From assembly GCA_944384545.1 (NCBI GenBank), contig CALWTT010000106.1, forward strand, positions 1,299 through 65,298: 64,000 bases of DNA, in the 5' to 3' direction. Both the position numbers and the translations under genes were made by a program. Shown piece by piece: positions 1 through 8,443 of the stretch (positions are counted from its first letter, which is position 1; the number at the start of each line of letters is the position of its first letter). The notes beneath the pieces are model-generated. The model was not told where the DNA came from. It ran no database searches and saw only the letters and a list, made by a program, of their open reading frames with translations. Origin of the DNA: an uncultured Clostridia bacterium (GTDB lineage Bacteria; Bacillota; Clostridia; Oscillospirales; CAG-272).

Positions 1-733
1 GGGTTCCCCATAAACGCCCTGCATACGATAGAAGGTTTTGCGGATTTTTATGGATACCCGGGACATCTTGCCTTCCGCTTCCGCGCAATAAAACCGTGGG
101 AGCTTCAAACGTACGTCCGCCGTCGTCTGAGCGCCCGATCAGCAGATCTCCGTATTCCGTGGAGACCGACAGCATATACAGCTGCCCGCGGTGAATAAAC
201 ATTTTTCCCCAGAAGCAGGGCATCAACTCGCATAGATAGGTCCAGGTCACTCCGTCATCATCGGAACGATACAGCAATGTCAGATTCTGCGGCGCTCCCC
301 CTTTGAAAAGATCCATGGATGCCAGAAGATATCCTTCCGGATGCCGCAAGAGCGACGGCGAGCACAGATATTGACCGGAAAATGCATAGGCGCCGTCTTC
401 CGGATGGAGATAATTGACTGCCGTGCCGGGACACGTGCCCGTGCGCGCCATGCGCACCCGACTTGTCCTGTCTCCTTTACGGACATAAAATTCATAATCC
501 GTGTGAGACTTCAGACCCGAAATACGGTAAAAGGTTCCGACCGTTTCCTGTTCCTGAGAGAAAGCGCTATCCCCGCGTTCACGGAAAGCGATCCGATAGG
601 TTTCCTTCACACTTCCGAGCCAGAAAAAAACAATGGCATGTTCTTCCGGACAAATCCGACATATGTAAGGTTCGCCCGTCTCAAAAAGGTACGGACGATA
701 GGGAGAACAACTCCAGGGAATGCTTCTGCCCAT
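1..733 (-). CDS. BNR/Asp-box repeat protein (sialidase-like beta-propeller), 5' part only; continues past window start
   Basis: Not in the ORF track because it is open at the window edge. Manual minus-strand translation from ATG 733 gives MGRSIPWSCSPYRPYLFETGEPY... with Asp-box motifs SDDDGVTW and SDDGGRTF. The start lies 1 nt after the stop of the upstream DapA-family gene. Confidence 0.6.
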   Translation of the reverse strand, partial: MGRSIPWSCSPYRPYLFETGEPYICRICPEEHAIVFFWLGSVKETYRIAFRERGDSAFSQEQETVGTFYRISGLKSHTDYEFYVRKGDRTSRVRMARTGTCPGTAVNYLHPEDGAYAFSGQYLCSPSLLRHPEGYLLASMDLFKGGAPQNLTLLYRSDDDGVTWTYLCELMPCFWGKMFIHRGQLYMLSVSTEYGDLLIGRSDDGGRTFEAPTVLLRGSGRQDVPGIHKNPQNLLSYAGRLWGT

Positions 734-734
734 T

Positions 735-1682
735 TTACCGCTGACCTCCGATTCGTTTTTCTAGTACATGACCGACACTGCGCAACTGTTCCACACAAGC
801 CTTTGCATATTCTGTCAGCTCTTCGCTCTTCCGCACGCGTGAAAGCAATTCCGTTGGAATCCCTTCCAGACACATGTGATATTTTGCGGACAGCGGATAT
901 GGTAATCCTCCCTCGGTAAAACAGGCCGTCCCCAAAAAAGCCTGTATCTCCTCAGCAAGCGCCGGATGAGTTGTGTAATGCGCACAAAGCCATACATACA
1001 GCGCCGGATGAAAGTTGCACATCACGCCGCAGTAGCCGCTTCCCCCATCACGCAGACTGGACAACAGGGTTTGCCCGTTTGCATTCAGCAGGGCAAAATT
1101 GCTCCCGCGCAGAATTTCCAGTCTTTCGCGGATCATAGCCGCATTGCAACAGGTATCTTTCATAAAACGGAAGCGGCCGGTCGAAAGGCACCAACGCAAT
1201 ATACGGGGACTCACCAGCCGCTTATACGGAAGCGGGCATTCGTACAGCCCAAGATTCATATCAGAAGGCAACTCTGCCAGAAGTTTTTCCGCGTTTTTTA
1301 TCCATACATCATCTCCTTGGTTTTCAATGTCCAAGCGGTTTGTAATCAGAATAAGTGCGTCGGTACCGCTCTCCGCAATCCGATTCAATTCGTATGCCTG
1401 TTCGCGCAAGGTAAATCCTGTATGCCCGGAGGAAACCACGGTCATATGTTTCCCTTCTTCCTTCTCTATACGAGCTGCTTCTTCGTATACTATGCGATTC
1501 AGCCGGACACGTTCCTCCAGCGTCAGATAGGCAATTTCACTCGACTGGCAAATCGAAAAAATTCCCTGGCATCCGTTTTTGTAATACCATCTTACATACC
1601 GGGCCGCAGTCTGATACGCTACACTTCCATCGGATTCATATGGAGTGATCATAGTCGGATAAGCAACGCATGTATGCTGCAT
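735..1682 (-). CDS. Dihydrodipicolinate synthase / N-acetylneuraminate lyase family protein (class I aldolase)
   Basis: ORF 735..1712. The sequence resembles the DapA/NAL family (ITPY..DGS, TGxxL-type core). ATG 1682 is preferred because AAGGAG lies upstream and the candidate -10 box overlaps ATG 1712. Confidence 0.75.
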   Translation of the reverse strand: MQHTCVAYPTMITPYESDGSVAYQTAARYVRWYYKNGCQGIFSICQSSEIAYLTLEERVRLNRIVYEEAARIEKEEGKHMTVVSSGHTGFTLREQAYELNRIAESGTDALILITNRLDIENQGDDVWIKNAEKLLAELPSDMNLGLYECPLPYKRLVSPRILRWCLSTGRFRFMKDTCCNAAMIRERLEILRGSNFALLNANGQTLLSSLRDGGSGYCGVMCNFHPALYVWLCAHYTTHPALAEEIQAFLGTACFTEGGLPYPLSAKYHMCLEGIPTELLSRVRKSEELTEYAKACVEQLRSVGHVLEKRIGGQR

Positions 1683-1707
1683 AATTTTCCATTCTCCTTT
1701 TTTCTGT

Positions 1708-1736
1708 ATCATACCATAGATTTATTGCTTGGTCAA
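1708..1736 (-). promoter_or_regulatory. Candidate sigma-A promoter for the DapA-like/BNR operon (TTGACC-17-TGgTATGAT)
   Basis: Read on the minus strand: TTGACC, a 17-nt spacer, then TATGAT with an extended TG. The resulting leader is very short, so the call is tentative. Confidence 0.4.
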
Positions 1737-1778
1737 TGGACAGAAAAGACCTGTTCTTATAAAATTCAGACATTCTTC

Positions 1779-1807
1779 TTGCATCCTATGGCAAATTGCG
1801 ATACAAT
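1779..1807 (+). promoter_or_regulatory. Candidate sigma-A promoter for the AraC-family gene (TTGCAT-17-TACAAT)
   Basis: Hexamers and a 17-nt spacer read directly, about 29 nt upstream of the ATG at 1836. Confidence 0.5.
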
Positions 1808-1835
1808 AGAGGCAACAGAAAAAGGAGGCGATCCT

Positions 1836-2699
1836 ATGCAGGAAAAAGATGCTGAGGTATTGAACGGAATCCATTTGCGGGATATCCGAGATCTTCCGGC
1901 CGAAATTTATTGGTGCCGCGCCACCGGAAAAAACCTCAACCGCCATGCACAAACCCTCCGCATGCATCACCATACCTTTTTTGAATTGCATTTTGTATGT
2001 GAAGGGAAAATGGTGTATGAATTAAAAAATCAAACCGTAATTGTAGAAAAAGGAAACTATCTTCTGATCGCTCCTACGGTTCCGCATCGCATTCAATTGT
2101 GCAGCGAGGATTTTATTAAACTATCCGTTGCTTTTTCTGTATCCTCAGAGGAAAATCTATACCTCGGGTTATTAGCAAAAACCGGCATTTCCCATCCGAT
2201 TTCTGTCGAACTGTACAGTGCTATTGAGTTCCTCTTGCGGGAAGCGGCACGGCACGGTGAGTTCTCCAACTATCTGATCCGGAATCGCGTGTCCGAAATG
2301 ATTTGCCTGATTCCAGAACGGATCTTACCGGATCCGTACGAAAATATTCCGGAACAGATTGCTGACGAACGGGTTTTTCGGGCAAAGATGTATATCGCAG
2401 ACAACGGGGATTCCTTTTTGACATGTTCTGAGGTGGCCAACTACTGTTGTCTGAGTGCAAAACAGTTAGGACGTCTGTTCCTCCGTCAGGAAAACTGTAC
2501 TCTGCTGCAATATATTCATCGGGAAAAAGCGGCCGCCGCCGCGCAGATGATCCGAGATGGCGATGCACCCTTCAAGGAAATCTGTCAAAAGCTTGGTTTC
2601 TCCAGTGTTCCCTACTTCCATAAATTTTTTACACAGCACATTGGTATGACTCCTGGCGACTATCGCCGCTCTGGCAAAAAAATCGACTGTAAACATTGA
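1836..2699 (+). CDS. AraC family transcriptional regulator (N-terminal cupin-like domain, C-terminal HTH)
   Basis: This is the in-frame part of ORF 966..2699. AAAGGAGG sits 8 nt upstream of ATG 1836. The C-terminus ..FSSVPYFHKFFTQHIGMTPGDYRR is a typical AraC HTH. It is divergent from the DapA-like operon. Confidence 0.85.
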   Translation: MQEKDAEVLNGIHLRDIRDLPAEIYWCRATGKNLNRHAQTLRMHHHTFFELHFVCEGKMVYELKNQTVIVEKGNYLLIAPTVPHRIQLCSEDFIKLSVAFSVSSEENLYLGLLAKTGISHPISVELYSAIEFLLREAARHGEFSNYLIRNRVSEMICLIPERILPDPYENIPEQIADERVFRAKMYIADNGDSFLTCSEVANYCCLSAKQLGRLFLRQENCTLLQYIHREKAAAAAQMIRDGDAPFKEICQKLGFSSVPYFHKFFTQHIGMTPGDYRRSGKKIDCKH

Positions 2700-2711
2700 C
2701 TCGTTATTCAT

Positions 2712-2745
2712 AAAAACAGGATCCGGGTTTCCGGATCCTGTTTTT
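2712..2745. terminator. Bidirectional rho-independent terminator
   Basis: Perfect hairpin AAAAACAGGATCCGG-GTTT-CCGGATCCTGTTTTT between convergent genes. Confidence 0.85.
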
Positions 2746-2814
2746 ATACAATACATCGTTCTTTCCGATAAAATGTCGGAGACGCTAGACTGTCAACACA
2801 TTGTTCTTGTGAGC

Positions 2815-3648
2815 TTATCTCCTGCACGTATCGTCCTTGTCATTACGGCCGACACCGGAAAATTCACTGGTGGGGAAAGCCATATTACGGAACAAACTGC
2901 AGGGATTGGCGGGCTCCGCCGGTGTGCATTCCTTATCCGGAACGCTGTAATCCGTGGCAGTCACAAGAAATTGTGCAGGACGTTCAATACGAAAGACCGT
3001 GAACAGGCCAAGCGACACATACAACCGATTCCCGTCCGAAGGATCGCACAGGTCACCGAATGCATTCTGATCCAGCAGGTCACGCGGGATCTCCTCACAG
3101 GTACAAGCGCAGTAGCAGGGACAATTACAATCGTTGTGCTCTACTACACGAAGACCAAGAACCACAGGATCTACCGTTTCTACAACGCCGGTAGGAAGAT
3201 TGGTGGTCCTTGTATTGTTGCACCAAGGCGTGCAGCGGTTGATCTCAGGATCGCTGCGGAAAATACTGACATTTCCCTCCCCGCCGTATAAAATTACCGT
3301 TTTATCCAAAACGGCGATTCCGTCGAATTCCTGTGCGCGTCCCATACCGGTACACGCTTCCAGCCGTACCTGAATATAGAACCGGGTATTGAGCTGATAA
3401 AAACCGCGATTGAACTGAATTTCATCGACATCAATGTGTGTGCACAGGATTCTCGCACACTCCACACGAACCGTAGCGGCAGACCGATCGATGATTTCCT
3501 GACCTGCATTGGAAAGATAGACGCGTACATTTTCGTAGCAGTCTCTGTCCCGGCAGGAATCCAGTACACGGTTTGTATCAATGCAGACGGTCTCTCTGGC
3601 ACCGGAGGAGGCGCTTGTCGAGTTGCAGGAGCATCTGTTCTCTGACAT
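2815..3648 (-). CDS. Cysteine-rich soluble protein of unknown function (20 Cys; CNCPCYCACTC cluster)
   Basis: ORF 2815..3648, 277 aa. No signal peptide or TM segment. Motifs VCIDTNRVLDSCRDRDC and CNCPCYCACTC. I do not recognise a family. Confidence 0.6.
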   Translation of the reverse strand: MSENRCSCNSTSASSGARETVCIDTNRVLDSCRDRDCYENVRVYLSNAGQEIIDRSAATVRVECARILCTHIDVDEIQFNRGFYQLNTRFYIQVRLEACTGMGRAQEFDGIAVLDKTVILYGGEGNVSIFRSDPEINRCTPWCNNTRTTNLPTGVVETVDPVVLGLRVVEHNDCNCPCYCACTCEEIPRDLLDQNAFGDLCDPSDGNRLYVSLGLFTVFRIERPAQFLVTATDYSVPDKECTPAEPANPCSLFRNMAFPTSEFSGVGRNDKDDTCRR

Positions 3649-3663
3649 GGATGATTATCCCCC

Positions 3664-3705
3664 CATAAAAATATTATCGAGACACATAACGCGCCTCGAT
3701 AATAT
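3664..3705 (-). terminator. Intercistronic hairpin + U-tract (terminator/attenuator) between the P-loop gene and the Cys-rich gene
   Basis: Minus strand: ATATTATCGAG-N13-CTCGATAATAT followed by TTTTAT. About 15 nt before the RBS of the Cys-rich gene. Confidence 0.55.
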
Positions 3706-3747
3706 CTTATGCAACTCTCGCAATCCTGCCAAACACCATGCCGGATC

Positions 3748-4155
3748 TCAAATATATTTTTTTAATCCTTCTGTCAGGTCATCCGGCGCCATAGAGGCCG
3801 TCATCACAACACGGAATCCTGAAGCTTCGCTCAAAGCGTTTACTTCGTCTACGAAGACCGAAAAAGCCTGCAAGTCTCCCCGGCAGATTTTCAGGGTAGA
3901 ATCAATGAACAAATCGGTAATGTCGTGATCGCTTGCCGAAATACCGGCGATGAAACCATACAGCGCCTGGGCATCCTCCACTGCATAGGCATCTACATCA
4001 ATCAGGCGGGCTTTGTGTGTAATATCATAGTTCAGTTTGTTTCCTTTTTCAATGCAGATCACCGATCCTTTGCTGGAAGCCACAGCTCCGTTGACCATTT
4101 CAATGAGAGTTTTCGTTTTCCCGGTACCTCTTACGCCAACGATCAGTTTTACCAT
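3748..4155 (-). CDS. Minimal P-loop NTPase, function unknown (135 aa)
   Basis: ORF 3748..4161. Walker A GVRGTGKT and a Walker B-like DLFID. ATG 4155 is preferred because AAAGGAG sits 7 nt upstream. Confidence 0.65.
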   Translation of the reverse strand: MVKLIVGVRGTGKTKTLIEMVNGAVASSKGSVICIEKGNKLNYDITHKARLIDVDAYAVEDAQALYGFIAGISASDHDITDLFIDSTLKICRGDLQAFSVFVDEVNALSEASGFRVVMTASMAPDDLTEGLKKYI

Positions 4156-4205
4156 ATTCATTCTCCTTTGCTGTGTTTTGCAGCGATATTCACCGCTTTG
4201 ATTTC

Positions 4206-4234
4206 ATCATACACCAAATTCCGGAAAATTTCAA
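4206..4234 (-). promoter_or_regulatory. Sigma-A-type promoter (TTGAAA-17-TATGAT) for the P-loop/Cys-rich cassette
   Basis: Hexamers and a 17-nt spacer read on the minus strand, about 45 nt upstream of the start codon. Confidence 0.6.
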
Positions 4235-4267
4235 TAGAATTTTCGTAAATTGCACCCAATCAACAAA

Positions 4268-5605
4268 TTATTTTATGCGTGCATCCAATTCTGCCTTTTC
4301 TTTTTCATAGCCCGGCTTTCCGAGAAGTGCAAACATATTCTTCTTATATGCCTCCACCCCAGGCTGGTCAAAGGGATTGACGCCCAGCATATATCCGTCC
4401 ACCGCACAGGCAAGTTCAAAGAAATACATCAGATATCCCAGAGAATGCGCACCGCGATCCCGGATCTCGAGTACAATATTCGGAACGCCTCCGTCATTAT
4501 GCGCCAGCAACGTTCCCAACATGGCCGTTTTGTTTACATAATCCAACTCTTTTCCGGAAAGGAAATTCAACCCGTCTACATTGGAAGGATCGTCCGGAAT
4601 CACAAAATGATTGCCGCAATCCTGAACATTCAATACAGTTTCAAACAAATTGCGTACACCGTCCTGAATATACTGACCGAGAGAATGCAGATCCGTAGAA
4701 AAATTCACAGAATCCGGAAGCAGTCCTTTTCCGTCTTTGCCTTCGCTTTCCCCGAAAAGCTGCTTCCACCACTCACAGAACATTAGCATATATGGCTCAT
4801 AACCAACCATAATTTCCGTAGCGGCGCCCTTCCGGTACAGAATCGTACGCAACGCAGCATACTTCAAAGCGTCATTTTCCAGCAGATCTCCGGATGCCAG
4901 CTCGGTGCGTGCATCCGCGGCTCCGCGCATCAGCGCATCGATGTCGATTCCGGCAACGGCGATGGGCAGGAGGCCGACTGCCGTCAATACCGAAAACCGC
5001 CCTCCCACGTCGTCTGGCACAACAAACGTTTCATAACCATTCTCATCCGAAAACTTTTTCAGCGTTCCGCGGCTTTTATCTGTGGTGGCAAAAATGCGTT
5101 CGCGCGCTCCGGCTTCCCCATATTTCCGTACGAGCAACTCCCGGAAAACACGGAAAGCAACGGCCGGTTCGGTTGTCGTGCCGGATTTACTGATGACATT
5201 GACGCAGATATCTTTTCCTTCGCAAATCGAAAGCAATTCTGTCAGAGCGTTTGGGCTGATATTATTTCCCGCAAAATAAATGTCCGGCGTATCCTTTTTC
5301 AAAGCGTTATACAACGGAGAACGAACAAACTCAATCGCTGCACGTGCTCCGAGATAGGACCCACCGATGCCGAGAACCACAAGGATATCACAGGTCTTGC
5401 AGATTTTTTTCGCCGCGGTTTTGATACGGGAAAATTCCTCGCGATCATATGCCACTGGTAAATCCAACCACCCCAGAAAATCGTTGCCTGCTCCAGTCCG
5501 CTCCATCAGGGTGGTGTGCGCCTGCTTTACTGCCGGACGAATATTTTCCAGTTCATGCGGTGCAACAAATTTCTGCACAAACCTATCGTTCAGTTTTACT
5601 GTCAT
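4268..5605 (-). CDS. pgi: Glucose-6-phosphate isomerase
   Basis: 445-aa ORF. Firmicute-type PGI sequence (..[11 protein letters not shown].., ..SKSGTTTEP..). GGAGG RBS. Confidence 0.93.
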   Translation of the reverse strand: MTVKLNDRFVQKFVAPHELENIRPAVKQAHTTLMERTGAGNDFLGWLDLPVAYDREEFSRIKTAAKKICKTCDILVVLGIGGSYLGARAAIEFVRSPLYNALKKDTPDIYFAGNNISPNALTELLSICEGKDICVNVISKSGTTTEPAVAFRVFRELLVRKYGEAGARERIFATTDKSRGTLKKFSDENGYETFVVPDDVGGRFSVLTAVGLLPIAVAGIDIDALMRGAADARTELASGDLLENDALKYAALRTILYRKGAATEIMVGYEPYMLMFCEWWKQLFGESEGKDGKGLLPDSVNFSTDLHSLGQYIQDGVRNLFETVLNVQDCGNHFVIPDDPSNVDGLNFLSGKELDYVNKTAMLGTLLAHNDGGVPNIVLEIRDRGAHSLGYLMYFFELACAVDGYMLGVNPFDQPGVEAYKKNMFALLGKPGYEKEKAELDARIK

Positions 5606-5651
5606 TTTTTACCTCCGGAATGCCTGTTACGGCATCATTTTTGATACCTAT

Positions 5652-5680
5652 ATTATACAGGATTCCATTCCGCTTTTCAA
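5652..5680 (-). promoter_or_regulatory. Consensus sigma-A promoter for pgi (TTGAAA-17-TATAAT)
   Basis: Read directly on the minus strand. Confidence 0.65.
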
Positions 5681-5699
5681 CTGCATTTTCAAAAATCCG

Positions 5700-6884
5700 C
5701 TATGTGCGGTTGGTAAAACAGGTGCGGAGAATCCGGAGGAAGATTTCCGTCCAGGAAATTTTTGCAATGGTTTCGGAAGCGACAATGTCGCATTCGCCGA
5801 TTTTTTCTTCCCCAACGTAATAACTCACCGTCCCCACCTTATCACCTTCTCCGATCGGCGCCGCCAGAGTGGGGGGGATTGCGACCTGTGTAGTTATATG
5901 CGCAAGATCTCCTTTATCTACCAATGCAGAGAAATCCTTTGCCAGGATCCGGCAGCTGTCCTGAATCCCACCTGTTACGCGTGCCTCTCCCATATCGGTC
6001 GGATCCGCGTGATACAGTGCATAGTTGGCAAAACCGTAATCCAGCAGCTTTTTCGCTTCCTCATTTCGGATATCGCGTGTAGGAGACCCCATAACCACCG
6101 TGATCAGATGCATACCGTTGCGCATTGCCGTTGCACTGATGCAAAAGCCGGCTTTGGCCGTGGATCCGGTTTTTAATCCTGTGGCTCCCGGATAAAAACG
6201 AATAAGACGGTTGGTATTCGTCAACCCGAATGCGCCGTTGCGCACCGTGTCCATCCAGATAGAGCTATATTCCAAAATCAGCGGATGGGATATCAATGCA
6301 CGGGACATAATGGCTACGTCACGGGCACTGGTATAATGATTCACGGTTGTATCATCCAATCCGTTCGTATTCTCAAAATTGGTATTTTGCATCCCCAATT
6401 CTGCCGCACGTTCATTCATTTTTTTCACAAATGCTTCAATAGATCCGCACAAATGTTCTGCGAGCGCCGCCGCCGCGTCATTTGCGCTGGCAATGACCAC
6501 GGACTTTATCATATCGCGAACGCACATCTGTTCGCCTGCCTCCAGATATATCTGTGATCCGCCCATGGAAGCCGCTGTGTCGCTGGTGGTCACCATATCG
6601 TCCAACCCTATTTTCCCCTGATCTACTGCTTCCATGACCAACAAAAGCGTCATAATTTTTGTAATAGAAGCGGGCGGCAATTTTTCGTCGGCATTCTGCT
6701 CATACAGAATTTTCCCGGTTTCATACTCCATCAGCACTGCAGAAACGGCATTCAGATTCAGAGCAGATGAGCCGCTCGACGGGCTCTCTTCCTCCTCAAC
6801 GGCAAGTGCCGTCCGGAAATACAGCGGAAGGATCAACAGTGTACACAGGAGCAACGCAACGGATCCGCGCAAGAAAGCTTTCAT
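5700..6884 (-). CDS. D-alanyl-D-alanine carboxypeptidase (serine peptidase S11, PBP5-like)
   Basis: 394-aa ORF. N-terminal signal/TM segment. SxxK active-site motif in PASITKIMT. Confidence 0.88.
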   Translation of the reverse strand: MKAFLRGSVALLLCTLLILPLYFRTALAVEEEESPSSGSSALNLNAVSAVLMEYETGKILYEQNADEKLPPASITKIMTLLLVMEAVDQGKIGLDDMVTTSDTAASMGGSQIYLEAGEQMCVRDMIKSVVIASANDAAAALAEHLCGSIEAFVKKMNERAAELGMQNTNFENTNGLDDTTVNHYTSARDVAIMSRALISHPLILEYSSIWMDTVRNGAFGLTNTNRLIRFYPGATGLKTGSTAKAGFCISATAMRNGMHLITVVMGSPTRDIRNEEAKKLLDYGFANYALYHADPTDMGEARVTGGIQDSCRILAKDFSALVDKGDLAHITTQVAIPPTLAAPIGEGDKVGTVSYYVGEEKIGECDIVASETIAKISWTEIFLRILRTCFTNRT

Positions 6885-6916
6885 ATGTTTATCTCCTTCT
6901 TTTTTTGCGTTGTTCC

Positions 6917-6945
6917 ATTGTATGATCCGTCCTGGCGGAATATGA
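6917..6945 (-). promoter_or_regulatory. Sigma-E-type sporulation promoter (TCATATT-14-CATACAAT)
   Basis: The minus strand reads tTCATATT ccgccaggacggat CATACAAT, about 30 nt upstream of the carboxypeptidase ATG. This matches the B. subtilis sigma-E consensus as I recall it. Confidence 0.55.
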
Positions 6946-6981
6946 AAGAGCCGCCTGCTGCCGCAAGCGACTCTTCGGAAT

Positions 6982-7569
6982 TTATGACCGAATCAACGGT
7001 TCTTCATAATCTTTGCGCGTACAAGCACAGACTCCGATATCTTCATACTTCCCCTTGATCAACATCATACCGCGGTGGATTCCTTCAAATTTCAGGCCGC
7101 ACCGTTCCATTACGGCACGGCTGGCATAGTTTTCTTTCATATAGCGTGCCTCGACCCGATACATATGCAGTGTTTCAAAGGCGTAACGCAGAATCGTAGA
7201 GACCGCTTCACATGCATATCCCCTGTGCCAATAGGCCGGGTTAAGTACATACCCGATTTCCGCCGCATCGTTTGGCGGGTCAAAACGCGTAAAACCGCAG
7301 GTACCTATCATATGTCCGTCATCCAGGTTCACTACCGCAAAATCATAAAACTCCCCTACTCGATACCTACTTGTCATATAGTCAATATACTGTCTGGTAT
7401 ATCCCAATGAAGGATGTTCTCGCCATGTCAGATAGCGTGTCACCTCTGGCAATCTGGCGTAAGCATACATATCTTCCGCGTCTTTCGGCATCAGGCGACG
7501 AAGCGTCAGGCGAGCTGAATGCAATGTTGGCATATTGGAAAAGACACGGACCAAATCTTCCTTTCGCAC
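6982..7569 (-). CDS. GNAT family N-acetyltransferase (RimJ/RimL-like)
   Basis: ORF 6982..7668. RLTLRRL..DAEDMY.. and WHRGYA motifs are typical of the RimJ family. GTG 7569 is preferred because AGGGGGA sits 6 nt upstream and lies downstream of the consensus promoter at 7601..7629. ATG 7533 is an alternative. Confidence 0.8.
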   Translation of the reverse strand: MRKEDLVRVFSNMPTLHSARLTLRRLMPKDAEDMYAYARLPEVTRYLTWREHPSLGYTRQYIDYMTSRYRVGEFYDFAVVNLDDGHMIGTCGFTRFDPPNDAAEIGYVLNPAYWHRGYACEAVSTILRYAFETLHMYRVEARYMKENYASRAVMERCGLKFEGIHRGMMLIKGKYEDIGVCACTRKDYEEPLIRS

Positions 7570-7600
7570 ACAATTTCCCCCTGCTTCATATCTGTATAAG

Positions 7601-7629
7601 ATTATATCTGTGCATTGGGGCGCTGTCAA
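7601..7629 (-). promoter_or_regulatory. Consensus sigma-A promoter for the GNAT gene (TTGACA-17-TATAAT)
   Basis: Read directly on the minus strand. It lies inside the 5' extension of the track ORF, which argues for the shorter CDS. Confidence 0.6.
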
Positions 7630-7699
7630 GCATTCCGCGCAAGATTTATGTTGCAGATTCAACAGCACAAAACAAAATTGTACCGTTCATAATTTATAG

Positions 7700-7728
7700 T
7701 TGAAATTCTTGCCATAATATGCTATGCT
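7700..7728 (+). promoter_or_regulatory. Candidate sigma-A promoter (TTGAAA-17-TGcTATGCT)
   Basis: Extended -10 read directly, upstream of the membrane-protein gene at 7801. Confidence 0.45.
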
Positions 7729-7800
7729 AATAGAAATTTCATAGGAATGTCTTGTGTTGCATATACCATAGTATTCTATGCAATGCACGGAGGCTTGCTT

Positions 7801-8427
7801 ATGAAGGATGATTTGCCGCCGATCCCACTTAAATTCGCATATCGACGCCGCAGCTTTTCTGCAGATTATATACAGTTGCCAATATTATCTGCTTTGAATT
7901 ATCTTCTGTTTTTCGTGCTAGGGCTATTCATCTTTCGTATTTTTTCTCCTGTTTTCCCCGCGGCGCAATGTCAACTTCTGAACAATTTTCTGCTGTTGGC
8001 AGAGAGGGATCCTGCCCCTTTGCAACAAACCTTTCCTTTTATTCTGCACTGCCTTTTTCCTGAAATCCTGTTCTTTTCTCTTTGCTTTCTCTTCGCTTTT
8101 TCCTATTTCTGCCGTACCTTGCAGTTTTTTCTCCTTTCTTATCGGGCTGTTACTGTAGGCATTGCCATCGCTGCCGGAGAAAGTCTGTTCCGCGCAGGTT
8201 TGATTGGCACCACTGTTTTTACCATTTTCCTTGCATTACATATCCTGCTGTCTGCCATGCTTCTCTCCCTTTCCTGCCACGCCGTTCGCCTGTCTTCTTT
8301 CCTGCGTCCACTCGGATTCCGACAGTTCGGTCTCATCCTGCGAGCGATTGTTATCCTCTTCCTTCATTTGCTTGCCATGCTTTGCGTGGCCTTCATTTCC
8401 TGTTTTCTCATTTATCTGATTCTCTGA
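7801..8427 (+). CDS. Polytopic membrane protein, function unknown
   Basis: ORF 7747..8427. GGAGG sits 7 nt upstream of ATG 7801. About 5-6 hydrophobic segments. SpoIIM-like in size and topology, but I cannot verify that. Confidence 0.55.
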   Translation: MKDDLPPIPLKFAYRRRSFSADYIQLPILSALNYLLFFVLGLFIFRIFSPVFPAAQCQLLNNFLLLAERDPAPLQQTFPFILHCLFPEILFFSLCFLFAFSYFCRTLQFFLLSYRAVTVGIAIAAGESLFRAGLIGTTVFTIFLALHILLSAMLLSLSCHAVRLSSFLRPLGFRQFGLILRAIVILFLHLLAMLCVAFISCFLIYLIL

Positions 8428-8443
8428 AAAGGAGTACTATGCT

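Noticed and set aside
3703-3711. Sigma-K-like -10 element CATAAGATA upstream of the Cys-rich gene.
   Set aside because: No AC -35 element lies at the required 16-17 nt. A transcript from here would also run straight into the hairpin and U-tract.
5641-5662. TACCTATATTATACAGGA, considered as a dif/Xer site.
   Set aside because: It has only superficial AT-rich similarity to the Firmicute dif consensus, and it coincides with the pgi -10 region.
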